NCBI RefSeq assembly: GCF_000143415.4
Contig: NW_003314269.1
Coordinates: 2,531,176 to 2,595,175 of the forward strand
Length of the DNA stretch: 64,000 nt
Direction of reading: 5' to 3'
Origin: Selaginella moellendorffii
Taxonomy: Eukaryota; Plantae; Lycopodiophyta
In this document: one piece after another, positions 25,248 to 38,459 of the stretch
Numbering within the stretch: position 1 is the first letter of the stretch
Layout: each line of letters opens with the position of its first letter
Position numbers and translations under genes: made by a program
Notes under the pieces: model-generated
What the model saw: the letters and a program-made list of their open reading frames with translations, nothing else
Databases searched by the model: none
What the model was told of the DNA's origin: nothing

Positions 25248-27293
25248 ATGCCTACCCGCAGGAAAGCCGCGGCAGCAGCGGCAGCCGCCCAAGCTCCAGC
25301 TCCGGCGATGGAGTCCAACAAGGAGAATGTGGCCGAGGGGGCTGGGGCTCCAGTGCCGGTGTCTCCACCCATGAGGGCGGCTGGAAAGGGGCTTAAGAGT
25401 GCCAGGAACTGGGAGGGGGAGCTGGAGACGATGACCCAGAAGCTCAACAAGATGAGGCTTGAGAAGGAGGAAGTCCAGAAGCTCGTTCTGGAGCAGGGCG
25501 CCAAGATCAAGGAGCAGCACGATCGCATCGCGATGCAAAGCAAGGAGCATGAGAAGCTCCAGGAGAAGATTAGGAAGCTCGAGAAGGTCAAGGAGTTCCA
25601 GCCAAATCTTGTAAGTGTGGTTTGCTTTTTTTTTTTTTTTTCCATTTGATTCTTTTTTGCCATCGTTCTAACTTCAGCCCCGTCGCTTTTGTAGAGCATC
25701 CCTTTGCCAGACGAGTCCTCCGACGATTCGAAGGGAAAGAAGAAGAAGAATGACCCCGAGAGAATCAAAAAGCCTCTTAGTTCGTACTTTCTTTGGTGTA
25801 ACGATCAGCGTGAGAAGGTTTGGAAGCAATATTTTCGGGTGAAATTCCATCCGCTGATGCTTTGGTCTCAGGTGCGCGCGCAAAATCCCAACGCTGGTAT
25901 TAAAGATCTGAGCTCCATTTTTGGCGAGCTCTGGAAATCTGTTTCGGACGAGGAGAAGAAGCCATACGAAGAGATTTACCAGAAGAACAAAGAAGAGTAC
26001 CTGAAGGTGGTATATCTTAATCCAAGTCTTAGATTCTAACCAGTACTTTCTATAAGCAGCTTGTCAGCAAGGAGAAGAGAGAAGCCGAGGCACTTAAGCT
26101 TCTACAAGACGAGAAAAACAGAAAGCTTTCGAAGGAAATTCTGGACCAATTTATGGAATATAAAAAGGTTTGGTATCTAGTGGTTTGTTTTTTAGCTGAT
26201 GCATGACATTGTTTGTTCTTGTTCTTGATTGTTTCAGGAAATCCAAGCCCAGGCGAAACCAAAAAAGTAAGTTGTCTTAGTTTGATGCACAAAGTTCGCT
26301 CTTATACTGCTCTTTCAGGAAGGAAAAGGACCCGGAAAAGCCAAAAAGGCCCACGACTGGCTACATGGCTTACTCAGAGGAACGAAGGCCCGCTTTGATG
26401 AATGAGAATCTCAAGGTCCCACAGGTCAGCACATTTTTTGTTCTGCTGGTCTTGTCGATTTATTATCATGTTTCACAGATAGGAAAAATACTTGGCGAAG
26501 AATGGCGAAGCATGGATGAAAAAGCACGTGCACCTTATGAGAAGGTACTTCGCTTTCACCATTCCAGTTAACCCTTCCTGTGTTTTTGTCTAGATTGCTA
26601 CTGACGCAAAGGCTACATACCTCACTGAAATGGAGGCTTACAATAAGAAAAAAGCCCAGGTAAGGCACGTTTTGCTCATGCTTTCTAGAACTTGAACACC
26701 TCTTTTGACTCCAGGAGGAAGTTGTCGCAGAGCAAGCTCTGAAAGAGAAGGCGAAAAGAGACAAGGTCTGTGGTTTGGAGCTGCTGAAGCAGAAAGAGAA
26801 GGAAGACGAAGTTAAGAAGGTTCTGTTTCTCTTCTTCCTCTCTGCGTGTTGATATAGTTAAGTAATCTCTGCAGGCAATGAAAGCGGAGAAAGCACCACG
26901 CAAAGCTAAAGCCAAGACAGCCGAGCCAGGAAAACCGAAGAAGGCGGCGACGGCTTACATCCTGTTTGGGTAAGAGAATTTTGTATTGTAGTTCCACGTC
27001 TCAAACCTTCACATTTAGAATGGAATACCGGAAGAAGTTACAGGCCGAGATGCCAACAGCGAAGTTCGCAGAGCTCACTGCGCTCGTTGCGAGCAAATGG
27101 AACGTAAGTTGGAAAAGAGCTTTGACAAGGCAACAACTCATTTCTTTGATTGTGGCAGGAGATGGGCGCCGAGGAGAAGCAGCCTTACGTCGATCAAGCA
27201 GGCGTTGAGAAGCAAAAGTATCAGGAAGCTATGGAGGAATTCAAGAGGCTCAGTCCAGATCCCAAGGACGGAGCTACGACCTCCACAACTTAG
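25248..27293 (+). CDS. 3xHMG-box chromatin protein, multi-exon
   Basis: N-terminal coiled coil (KVKEFQP); three HMG boxes IKKPLSSYFLW, DPEKPKRPTTGYMAYS, EPGKPKKAATAYILF; stop TAG at 27291. Confidence 0.9.
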
Positions 27294-27379
27294 CGTGAGA
27301 TTGCCTACTTTGCAAAAGCGTCCATTCAATGATAGATGTTGAATGTGAATGATGTTAAATTTCCATCCACTCTTTGCTA

Positions 27380-29230
27380 TGGTGTATCGCTTTGATTAGC
27401 CTTTTAGTATCACGAAACCTTCAATGTAAATGATAATAGCTTACTATCATTGCATATCTTGACGTCCCTGTGGATGCCTTCTCCAAAAGGCCTTCCCTGC
27501 ATTCTATGGGGATCCCTTCTCTCTGCCAGACAAACTTTTCTTGAGCTTTTCATTGTGCAAGCACACCCCTACTTACTTCCTCGGGAAACCAGACTCCAGG
27601 CAGTGTTTTGCCTTGCAAGATGGGAACTACAAACGCTGCAGTTGCTGCTCCTGCGCACCTGGAGATTTTCCAGAAGCTTAAATGAGTTCTTAGATCGCGC
27701 AAATGCGGAACGTTACTTAACACTGAAAGATCTGGATGCGTGTATAGTCCAGTAGATCTCGTGCCATCTTTGCAATCCAAGTCCACCTGTGACGGGTAGA
27801 CCAAAGAAGCAAGCTTGAGATCCAAGATATAATGAATAAAAGCAGCCACATCTTTCTTACTCGCATCGAAACCTTTCCTCCCACAAGAACATCAATGGCT
27901 CTGACAGCTGGATCGGACAATCTTGCAAAGCTCTCCACTTTGGAGTAGTCTTCGAGAAATTCCTGGTAAAAAAGAAATAACATATTCGTGAAGAAAGAGT
28001 GCTCACCATTCCCGCAATTTGGCTCAGTAGCCAGTTCCAGAAGAAGGGAGCGGTACCAAATTTCGCTGTTACGTTTGGAATGTTTAGAATCTCATGAGCC
28101 GTAGTAACTTCGGGAAGATTTCTGAGAAGAAATAAAAAAGTAGAAATTCGTTCTTCTTCAGAAAGTTTTGCACGATAGAGATGCAGACTTACATGCCAAA
28201 TACAGAACGTTTGCCAACTCCATCTCCAAAATCCACTTTTGTCTCATCAGTGTATGGCTTTAGCTTCAACAGCTTTCCTGCTTAAAAATGTTTTGCAGTC
28301 TGAAAATCAAGCAGGTTGACTACCTTGACTGTAAACTGACACATTTTGGTTTAAAAGCAGAAGACTTGTGGCTAAAACAGTCGGACCCGCGCCGCCGGAC
28401 CCTGCAATAAAGTAAGAAAATCTGCACGTGATCTAAGTCAAGGAAGAAGAAACAAAAAGAACATACTTCAGTTCTTCTGGTTTGCTCGCATTTTCTTGAG
28501 CCATCCGAACAAGCTCTGCTGCCATTACTGCAAGAGGAGCATATGAGCAACCATCTGAGAAAAACCTGCAGTGTACTATTGCTCACTCCCGGACAAAGTC
28601 CAGACATGACGATTGCCGAAACACCAGCTTCGACTGCTTTGTCGTGAAAGGATTTGGCGAGCCGAGCGTGGGATAAATCATCGCAGATATCAATATATGA
28701 AATCTGCGCAACACAAAATGAGCTCAAGAGTTTGTTCCACTTGCCTCACCTTCTTCTCGATTGCAGCTTCTAAAACAGTGCAGCGCTTCCGGGATTGGAA
28801 GGGGCCAGCCGAATGAATTACCAGATCAGCACCTGGACGACGTGAAACACACACGAAAAGTGCACCACAGTCCTACCATCAAGAGCGATTGTTATCGACT
28901 CGAAATCATCGATGTCCACACTCTGAAACGTTGTTCCAACTCCAATCTCGGACGCTAGTCCTTCGCCCTTCTCCCTGAAAGTTCATTTTTCAACGAGTGA
29001 GCTCGAGCTTCAATTTTAGACACGTACCTGTTCCTTCCAGCAAGGACAAGCCTGAGTTTCGGAGAAGTCTTGGCCAGCGAGCGAGCAATGGAGCTCCCAA
29101 CACGCCCGGTGCCTCCTATCAACACCACTCTCTTGCTCTTAGTGTCTGTAAGTTGGGCAGAACTTTTCGAGATTGTCGATGAAATCGTTGGCAATCCAAA
29201 CCGAGAAACTTGTCGCTGAAAAGCTGCCAT
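27380..29230 (-). CDS. Saccharopine-dehydrogenase-like NAD(P)-binding plastid protein, paralog A (3' end approximate)
   Basis: VLIGGTGRVGSS, LVIHSAGPFQ, YIDICDD, NLPEV...KFGTAPFFWNW, PGVWFPEE. Confidence 0.8.
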
Positions 29231-29363
29231 TTTCCTTTGCTAACACGAAGTCCCGAGGCTCCTCATGTAAGGAGTGAGACATCAACGTCACTATCTTCGA
29301 ACAACAATTGTGAGTTGAATGCTTTGTGGAGCCGAATAATGTGTAACACGAGATTCAGACGTC

Positions 29364-31390
29364 TCATTCGAGATATATGCCGAAGCCTATCTCTTTAGGA
29401 TCTCCCTCGACCATCCAAGGTGACCTGCACAGCGACGTAACATCAGCACAAGAAAGCTCATTTTCTCGTTCTGATAGCTTACGTGTTCATCACGAAACTC
29501 GATGTTCCTTTTGACGCCTGCTGGAGGAGTTGTTCTCGATACTGAAAAGGAATGGCCTCGTCCTGAATGGAAAGCTGTCTAGTGATAGAATACAAAAGAG
29601 AAATGAGCAAAGGATATTGCCTGTTCAGGGAACCAGACTCCAGGTCGAGTTTTGCCTTGTAAAACTGGTGCTGCGAAGGCTGCAGTAGCCGAACCAACGC
29701 ATCTGAAAATGAAACAGCATGGAAACAATTTTCTTTGAGAGAAAAGTAAGGAGAGGGAAATGTTGCTTACACGGATAGATTGCGATGAGTATACAGTCCA
29801 ACAGCTCGTTTCCCATCCGTGCAGCTCAAGTCTACCTGCATGTCTTGCCGTCAAACTTACAGGATAATATCCGGGAAGTTAGAACTTTACCCGCATTGAG
29901 ACTTTTGCTCCAACTAAACGATCAATTATTCGTACGGCAAAAGCTGAAATCTTAGCCAAGGATTGTACTTTGGAATCATCTTTCAGAAAATCCTGCATAC
30001 TTTCTCAGTAGAACTAAAAGAAAGGCCATACATTAAGTTCTCAATACCCGTCCTGCAATCGCGCCCATAATCCAGTTCCAGAAGAAGGGAGCGGTACCGA
30101 AGCGAGCAGTTATGGTAGGAACTTTCAAATTCTCAAACGCTGTCACGACTTCAGGAAGGTTTCTGGCTAGCAAAAACAAAGCTCTCAAAAGCACAAGTTG
30201 TTTGCATGGACTTACATCAAGAATACGGAACGTTTGCCGACCGCTTTCCCAAAATCTACTATCCTCTCCCCACTAAACGGGTCCAGCTTTACAACTTTTC
30301 CTGTGCATTCAAAGACAACTTTGAGATGCTGGAAGCAACAGTACGAGAACATAACCTTTGCTATACGTTAAGACTTGCTCGCTGAGAAGTAAGAAACTTG
30401 TTGCAAGAATCGTAGGACCAACACCACCAGATCCCGCGGTGAAGTAAGAGAACCTGGCAGCCTGTTTTTAGTTCAGTGTAACTCAGCAGCATTATCTTAT
30501 TCTAATGTTTTGAGCCAAGCTTTTTACCTTAGCTCTCGAGGTCTGCTTCCAGCCGAACTCTCTCTAGCAAGCCGGACAAGCTCTGCGGCCATAACTGCAG
30601 TAAATCCAAACTTAGCGAGACAATTAGATGCTTGCATATGGAATGTGAGATTCTCTGAACGAACTGTTGCTCACTCCAGGATATAGCCCCGTGGTGATAA
30701 TCGCAGGAACGCCAGCCTCTACTGCCTTGTTGTGAAGGGACTTTGCAAGTTGAGCGTGAGTTAGATCATCGCAGACATCAATATATGGAACCTGGATAAT
30801 AGCACACACGTAAATATGTCTCCAAAGTTCTATGGACGCTTTCTTACCTTTGTCTCGATGGCGGCCTCCAATACTGTGCAACGATTTTTGCGTTGAAATG
30901 GCCCAGCGGAATGGATCACCAGCTTCGCACCTGGATCAAAGTCATTTATCTCAAAGAAAAATTACACAAACACACAAACACACAAACGACCAAAAGCAAA
31001 ACAAGAAAAAACTCTCACCTTCTATAGCTTGTGCCACCGAGTTTAAATCCTCTATATCCACAGCTCGAAATTTCGTTCCAGCCCCAATCTCGGACGCTAT
31101 TCCCTCTCCTCTCTCCCTGGCATTGGCAATCCACATTCCTAGCCCCTCAATATCACCGATCCATACCTGTTTCGTCCAGCGAGAACGAGCTGGAGATCCG
31201 GCCACACCCTTGCAAGCGCTCGCGCTGTGGAGCTCCCGACGCGGCCAGTCCCTCCAATCAGCACCACTTCCTTCTTCTCCGGGCCTGGACCTGCGAGAGA
31301 CGAGGAAGCGCCGCACACGATCGAGAAATGCCGGCAGGAGATCGCCGGCTGCTGCCATGGCGGCGGCAATCCTGAAGAACTCAAAATCAT
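29364..31390 (-). CDS. Saccharopine-dehydrogenase-like NAD(P)-binding plastid protein, paralog B
   Basis: VLIGGTGRVGSSTA, YIDVCDD, TGLYPGVSN, RFGTAPFFWNW, PGVWFPE, last exon PWMVEGDPKEIGFGIYLE*. Confidence 0.88.
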
Positions 31391-31735
31391 CGTCGTGTGT
31401 AGCGATTGGTGGAATGCCCTCCACGGCTATCACACATGCTCGCCATTCCGGACCAGAATGCCCTCCCACATTCCGGATGAGAATCATCAAGGTACTAAGT
31501 CAACAGTCTTGAACTTTTGCATTGACTACGTTGACTTGCATTATGTTTGAGCGAACAAATAATCTTTAATTTCTTTCAAAACTCCTCTCTTGCTGGGCAA
31601 CTTCTGGTCATTCTTCTAAAACTTTTTGCAGCCAAATTGGATCGTGCTAGCTTAAAGATAGAACATTGCATGCTTGGAAGACAGGGAAATCCTGGATACT
31701 TAAGCCGGCGGGGCCAAGGATGTAGCCGGGTTTCA

Positions 31736-33499
31736 ATGAGCACCCAGTCATGGCTCCGAGTCTAGCGCGACCTCACGGAGCTGACCAAGGAGCCGCTTCA
31801 GGGCATCCAGGTTTGCAGCAATACCAACCGGCTGGACCGGATGTGCCTCGTCCTCTCGCCGCTCAGCGGCCCCTACGCGGGCGTCAACCTCCACCTCTAC
31901 GTCTGCATTCCTGTCGACTATCCCCACGCCCCTCCGCAGATTAGCATCCAGACGCCCGTCCCACACCCCAACGTCTTCGGCTCCTTCATCTGCTGCGACA
32001 TCCTCAAGCCCGCTTCCACGGGGCGGCTACACCCCGGCCTAGTTGCTCAAGTACCTCTTCCTCCAGCTTCTCAGCTTCTTCAGCAGCAAGTTTGTGCAGC
32101 AGGACTATGGCCACGAGGCGGTGGAGCTGGAGAGCTAGACCCTGGCGGACGGTGACTTAGACTCCTCGGATCCTTTGGATTGCGTGAAGCGCTTCTCGTG
32201 TGCCAACTGTGGATTCAATGTTGCTTTTCTCGGATTGAAGAGCGCTCCAGAATCGATTCTGTCGCGAGTCCAGCCAAGATTAAAAGTGAGTCTGATGATC
32301 ATCTCTCGATGGACCTTTTCGAGACGCTGGGCGTGGACTCCTGCCTCGAGATCGTGGACAGGCTCTCGGACCAGGAGGCCATAAGGCTGACACCGGCCTG
32401 CGGCGGCGTGAGAGAGCTGGTCAACACGGAGAACTTGCTGCTACGCCGGCAGCTGGTTTGCTTCTTTCTGCGCAAGACTTTCAAGGAGCGCGACACGATC
32501 CTGGGGATTGGAGTGTCGTGCCCCGTCGGCCCTGCGTTTCTCCTACGAGGATTTCAATCGCTTCCTCCAGCTGGTTCTGGACGAGGATCACTTCCGTCGC
32601 GCCAGACCGCTGATAGACGACTCGCTCAAGAGCCTTGCTCTCAGCTTCCCCAGGAAACCGACGGCTTCGGCAGTGCCAACTTCGGTGGTTCTCCAGACGC
32701 TGCCTGCGCTGAATGGTTTTCAGATCGCCAGAAAAGCGAGCTCAGCAACCCTAAAGTTGTGCATGGCACTGCAAGGGGCTATTGCCACCTCTTCTCCAAG
32801 CTGGTGCGAGAGGACCATCGCCTGGAAGAGGAAAACCAGCACAAGGTTGACGCGTTCATATCCAACATCGAGCTTCGCAGCAAGGATCACGTCCCCAACC
32901 TTGGCGAGTTCTTGACGTATTTACTGGGTTGGGTTCGTATGATTTTACGTAAGATTCACAAACAATAAACAACTGAAAGTTTGCGGGCTCTTCCTGATTC
33001 TCACCAGAAACGTCCTTTGGGCCTTGGAGGTATACCTTGCGTACTTTGAGCCAGCCAACTATCCCTCCGAGGTCCGTCTCCAGCACACGTTTTTGAGGCA
33101 AATGCCGATGGCCTCAGGCCGGTGATGTTCCAGATTTGCTTCTTTCATATGACGAGATCAACAAAATTCGACTAGAGTTATGGGTTCCCATCAGACGAGA
33201 TGTGCTCCAGGCTTCTCCAGACCATCAAGGACATCTATAGCGTCAAGGAGTACCTCCGGATATTTTGATCTGGTGGGATGTGGAATATGATCAAGCTTCT
33301 CAAGCAGGCCATTGTCTCGAGCGAGAAGAGAGGGTATCATGTGGTACGCTACTCTAGACACGAGCTCTATGTGCTGAGAAGAGCCGTGGAGCGGAAGTGC
33401 CCTCCTCCCTCGGGATTGAACATGTCAAGGCTCCGGTGCATTGCCACGCAAATTTTCTTCCCGAATGAAAACAAACGTCACAACAGGCAAAGATGGTGA
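31736..33499 (+). pseudogene. Frameshifted, deleted tandem copy of the 34170 UBC-fusion gene
   Basis: Collinear high similarity with 34170-36143 from ATG to stop; several stops, frameshifts and internal deletions. Confidence 0.92.
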
Positions 33500-34169
33500 A
33501 AAACCAATTCACCTTATGATCTTTTATTTTCTTTTTATTGTTGTGATATTCTCTACCAGGACATTATCGCTTCCCTGCATTTCCTGTTCTTCGTCCAGCC
33601 TCACATCAACAAAACTGGACAAGTTGACGAAGCCAACGTGACTGTCTTTGATCGGTTGGAACCCAGAGCCCGGAAGCCAATCGATCCAACCGTGGATACC
33701 AACCGTGGATATCATGTTCTTTGCGTTTCATAACTTGGTGAATTGTGGATGTTTCAACGTGTTTTGTGTTTTTTTAGACTTTTCCTATTGGGGATTTTCT
33801 GCACCAGATGAAATTTCCTCTGGAGGTATCCAACACAGTATTTCTTCCTTTGTCTTTTTAAGCAAACTTCTGACTAAAATGGTAGTAGATATATCTAGAA
33901 TATGCTTGAATATTATAAGATATTCTACAATTTAACGGTTGTTATTCAATTTTTTATTTATAATTTATAAACTTTCTTAAACTCTTTCTAGTATATTCTT
34001 TTTTTTCTATCAGCTAATAGATTGTTTATAAATTGGAAACATGCTTATAATTTTAAACTTATTTGATCAATTGGATTAGTAAGTAATTTAAATAGCCACT
34101 TTACTTGGAGGACAAGGAAATTGTGAATACTTAAGCCATACCTGGGTTTAGGATTACAATTTCCAGCCA

Positions 34170-36143
34170 ATGAGCACCAAGTCATGGCAAGTCCGAGTCC
34201 AGCGCGACCTCACGGAGCTGACCAAGGAGCCGCTCCAGGGCATCCAGGTTTGCACCTATGCCGACCAGCTCGACCATATGTGCCTCGTCCTCTCGCCGCT
34301 CAGCGGCCCCTACGCGGGCGTCAACCTCCACCTCGACGTCCGCATACCAGCTGACTATCCTCACGGCCCTCCGCAGGTTAGCATACAGACGCCCGTCCGA
34401 CACCCCAACGTCTTCGACTCCTACATCTGCTGCGACATCCTCAACCCGGTTTCCACGAGGTATGACTACAATCCTCAGGGCGGTCATTGGCAAATCTACA
34501 ATGGCGGTTACAGCCCGGGCTACTTGCTCAAGTACCTCTTTCTCCAGCTTCTCAGCTTCTTTAGTAGCAAGTTTGTGCAGCAGGACTATGGTGGCAAGGC
34601 AGTGGAGCTGGAGAGCTATTCCCAAAGGGAACGTAGCTTTGACCCCTTGGATCCATTGGATTGGGTGAAGCGCTACTCGTGTGCTAACTGTGGATTCAAT
34701 GTTGCTTTTCCTGGTGTGAAGAGCGCTCCAGAGTCGACTACTGTCACTAGTCCGGCTATGATTGAAGGTGAGTTTGATGATCATCTCTCTCTGGTGGAGA
34801 GTCCCAACCTTTTCGAGAGGCTGGACACTGATTGCTGCCTCGAGATCGTGGACAGGCTCTCAGACCAGGATGCCATACGGCTGACTCGGGTCTACAGAGG
34901 CGTGAAAGAGCTCGTCAACTCGGAGAACTTGCTGCTGCGCCGGCAGCTGGTTTGCTTCTTTCTGCGCAAGACTTTCAAGGAGAGCGACACGGTCCTGGGG
35001 ATTGGAGTGTCGTGCCCCGCCGGCGGTGGAAAGCCCTTTGTGGCAGCGGTTGATCTCTTCTCATACGAGGCGTTTAACAGCCATGGCGTGAGGAAGGGCA
35101 TCACGGGCGAGGATTTTGATTACTTCCTCCCGCTGGTTCTGGACGAGGATCACTTCCAGCGTGCCAGACCGCTGATAGACGACTCGCTCAAGAGCCTTGC
35201 TCTCAGCTTCCCCAGGAAACCGACGGCTTCGGCAGCGCCAACTTCGGTGGTTCTCCAGACGCTGCCTGCGCTGATGAACACCATGGTTTTCACGCTCGTC
35301 CAGTCTTGCGATCAGCAGAAGAGCGAGCTCAGCAACCACACAGTTGTGCACGCCTCGGAGAAGGCACTACAAGGCTACTGCCTGCTGTTCCACCTCTTCT
35401 CCAAGCTGGTACGGGAGCACCATTACCTGAGACGGGAAATTCAGCGCAAGGTTGACGCGTTCATCTCCAATATCGAGTGTCGCGGCAAGGATCACGTCCC
35501 CGACCTGGGCGAGTTCTTAACGTATTTGCTGGTAGCTCCCAATGCCGTGGAGTGGGACAAAGTATGCGGGCTGTTCTTGGGCGAGATTCTCACCAGGAAC
35601 ACCCTCTGGGCCCTGCAGAAGAAGCCATACCTCGCGTACGTGGAGCCGGACAACTTCCCCTCGGAGGTCCGTCTCCAGCACACGTTTGAGGCAAATGCCG
35701 ACGGCCTCAGGCTGGTGATGTTCCAGATTTGCTTCTTCCGTATGACGAGATCAACGAACTTCGACCAGAGGTACGGGTTCCCATCGGGCGAGATGAGCGC
35801 GCAGCTTCTCCAGACCATCAAGGACATCTACAGCGTCAAGGCATACGATGTTTTCCTCCGGATCTTTGGGTTTCCAGTTGATCCCGCGGGATGGAAGTGG
35901 AACATGATCAAGCTTCTCAAGCAGGCCATTGTCTCAAGCGAGAAGAAAGGGTATCATGTGGTACGCTACTCGAAAGAGGAGCTCTATATGCTGCGAAGAC
36001 CCGTGGAGCCGAACTGCCCTCCTCCGCCAGGATGGAACAATCCAAGGCCCCGTTATATTGCCACTAAGAGTTTCTTCCCGAATGAGAACAAGCGTCAAGC
36101 TCCCGGACGGAACCAAGGAGATCACAACAGGCGAAGGTGGTGA
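34170..36143 (+). CDS. Intronless 657-aa protein: N-terminal ubiquitin-conjugating (E2) domain, CxxC, F-box-like helix, large C-terminal domain
   Basis: RVQRDLTEL, GPYAG, PADYPHGPP, HPNVFDSYICCDIL (HPN plus catalytic Cys), YSPGYLLKYLFLQLLSFF; CANCG; LDTDCCLEIVDRLSDQD. Confidence 0.88.
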   Translation: MSTKSWQVRVQRDLTELTKEPLQGIQVCTYADQLDHMCLVLSPLSGPYAGVNLHLDVRIPADYPHGPPQVSIQTPVRHPNVFDSYICCDILNPVSTRYDYNPQGGHWQIYNGGYSPGYLLKYLFLQLLSFFSSKFVQQDYGGKAVELESYSQRERSFDPLDPLDWVKRYSCANCGFNVAFPGVKSAPESTTVTSPAMIEGEFDDHLSLVESPNLFERLDTDCCLEIVDRLSDQDAIRLTRVYRGVKELVNSENLLLRRQLVCFFLRKTFKESDTVLGIGVSCPAGGGKPFVAAVDLFSYEAFNSHGVRKGITGEDFDYFLPLVLDEDHFQRARPLIDDSLKSLALSFPRKPTASAAPTSVVLQTLPALMNTMVFTLVQSCDQQKSELSNHTVVHASEKALQGYCLLFHLFSKLVREHHYLRREIQRKVDAFISNIECRGKDHVPDLGEFLTYLLVAPNAVEWDKVCGLFLGEILTRNTLWALQKKPYLAYVEPDNFPSEVRLQHTFEANADGLRLVMFQICFFRMTRSTNFDQRYGFPSGEMSAQLLQTIKDIYSVKAYDVFLRIFGFPVDPAGWKWNMIKLLKQAIVSSEKKGYHVVRYSKEELYMLRRPVEPNCPPPPGWNNPRPRYIATKSFFPNENKRQAPGRNQGDHNRRRW

Positions 36144-36475
36144 ACTGCTTGATCTTCAAAGTTTCATGGAACAAAATGGTAAATGATTTTTCTTTTTTTT
36201 CTTCTTTTATGTTTCAAGGAATCTATACCCATGATAAGCAATAGTGCAGTGTCGACAAAATACTGTGGAAGTCAAGGATGATGTGCCGCGTATAAGAAAA
36301 CTCTGGATGTTCACGGGAGGGAGTCAAAGAATCTTTCGATGAATCCGGAGAAAGAAATAGACTTCATGATAGAATATGGATTTTAAGCGTGGAAGTTTCT
36401 CTTTGCCGACTCTAGGTGAAAGAAAATGGTCTCCGCCCTTCCTTCGCTAGGAAGTATCGACACTGCCGCTTGGCT

Positions 36476-38408
36476 ATGGAGGACCCTCTCGACGGCGCCG
36501 CCTTGTCAATAGAAAATGGGAGTAGCACCAACGATCTCTTGAAGGTCCTTGTCCCCAAATTTCTCTCTTGTTTTTCTCACTTCTGGTCTTCAATGCCAAA
36601 TGCCAGAGGGAAGTTGGGTTTAGCGCGGACTCGATCCCAGTTAGCCCTTCACGTCCCTGTTTCCAGGCAAGCGATTGTTCTTCGTCTTTGTTAGAGATGC
36701 CTGTTGTTCTAGTTTTTCTCCAAGTTTGTGTGAGAGATTGGCTGTGGTTTGTGGCAGAAAGTGTGGCGGTCATGGCTATCGATCAACGATTCCTGGACCT
36801 CCAAATGGTGGTATGCGGCGGTCCACAACATCACTGCCGTGATTGGAGCTGGAGTTCTTTCGCTCCACGGAGCTATGGTCGACTTAAGCTGGTAACATAT
36901 CTTTACTTGTGTGAATACTATTTAGTGCCATTTAACAAAGACCTCCTTGATTTTCCAGGGCTCCAGGGATTTTCGTGCTGTGCGTTATCGGCATCATAAG
37001 TCTCAGCACAATGTGGCAAATGATCGAGCTCCACGAGCTCGATGGGAAACGCATGGACAGATACCATGAGCTGGGCCAGAGGGCTTTCGGAAAGAAGCTC
37101 GGGCTCTGGATTGTGGTACCCATGCAAATGCTCGTCGAGATCGGTGTCGACACCGTCTACCTCCTCACCGCTGGAAAATCCATCCGGAAGATCCACAGCC
37201 TTCTCTATGGTTGCCCAATTCAAGACTCTTCATGTAACTGGGAGCTGCGATATTGCATCATGGCGTTTGCATCGGTCCAGCTTCTCCTCTCGCAGCTTCC
37301 ACATTTCACCTCCATCACCTGGGTTTCGATTATTGCCGCTTTCATGTCTCTCGGGTACGTAGATTTCAAAGTTTTTTTGTCAACTTTTTCACTTGGTTTT
37401 ATCATGCAAGAACAGCTACTCCACAATTGCTTGGGTCGCCACCTTAATGCGTGAACGAAGCCCCACAGTCAGCTATGAATTTCCAAAAGCAACTTCTACT
37501 GCGGATGTTATTTTCGGGGTGTTTAGCTCGCTGGGCCAGATCTCGTTTGCATTTGCGGGACACAATATCGTTCTTGAGATCCAGGCCACTATTCCTTCCA
37601 CCATTGAGAGACCCTCCAAGATCTCGGCCTGGAATGGAGCTCTCCTGGCCTACACGATGACCATCTTGTGTTATTTCCCAAATGCCCTGGTCGGGTATTA
37701 CGTTTTTGGGAATCAAAAGAACCATGACATGCACGTCCTTGAGATTCTGGACAAGCCTGTTTGGCTCGTCGCACTAGGAAATGCAATGGTGGTGACGCAT
37801 ATGTGTGGTGGCTTTCAGGTTAGCCATTTCTTTTCTTAAAGATCGAACTTCTTGGTTTTCATAGTTTTGGATTTTCAGATATTTGCAATGCCGCTGTTTG
37901 ACAATGTGGAGATGCTTCTCACAAACCTGTGGAAGGTTAATGGAGGGATCAATCTTAGATTACTTGTTCGATCAATTTACGTTGGTAAGTAACTTCTTCT
38001 TAGCTTAAAATCTGAAGGATTTTTTATTTTATTTTTGCAGCATTTACATGCTTTCTTGCTGTGACATTTCCTTTCTTTGACGATTTGCTCGCTTTTGTTG
38101 GGGGAATAGCCTTCGTCCCAACAACATTCCTGGTACTTTTTGAACTTGAGGAAATTGCTATTTACAAAGAGATCTTCTTCTCGGTTGCAGCTACCTTGTA
38201 TCATCTGGCAAATTCTTCGCAAGCCCAGAACATTCGGATTGCCATGGCTAGCGAACATGGTAAAATTGAATAAGTAGATTTTCCACCTTTGATTTTATAA
38301 GCTTTTCAGGCTTGCATAGGAGTGGGCTTCTTTCTTACAATCGCTTCCACAGCTGGTGGGCTTCGAAACATTCTCCTCAAGGCTTCGCATTACCAGTTCT
38401 ACAAATAA
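36476..38408 (+). CDS. Lysine/histidine transporter (LHT)-like amino acid permease, multi-exon
   Basis: KWWYAAVHNITAVIGAGVLSL, GKRMDRYHELGQRAFG, FAFAGHNIVLEIQATIPST..PSK, TFPFFDDLLAFVGG. Confidence 0.92.
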
Positions 38409-38459
38409 CTTTCCTTGTAAGGTTTTCATATGTGAATATTCGTATCCTTCTTCCGCGTT

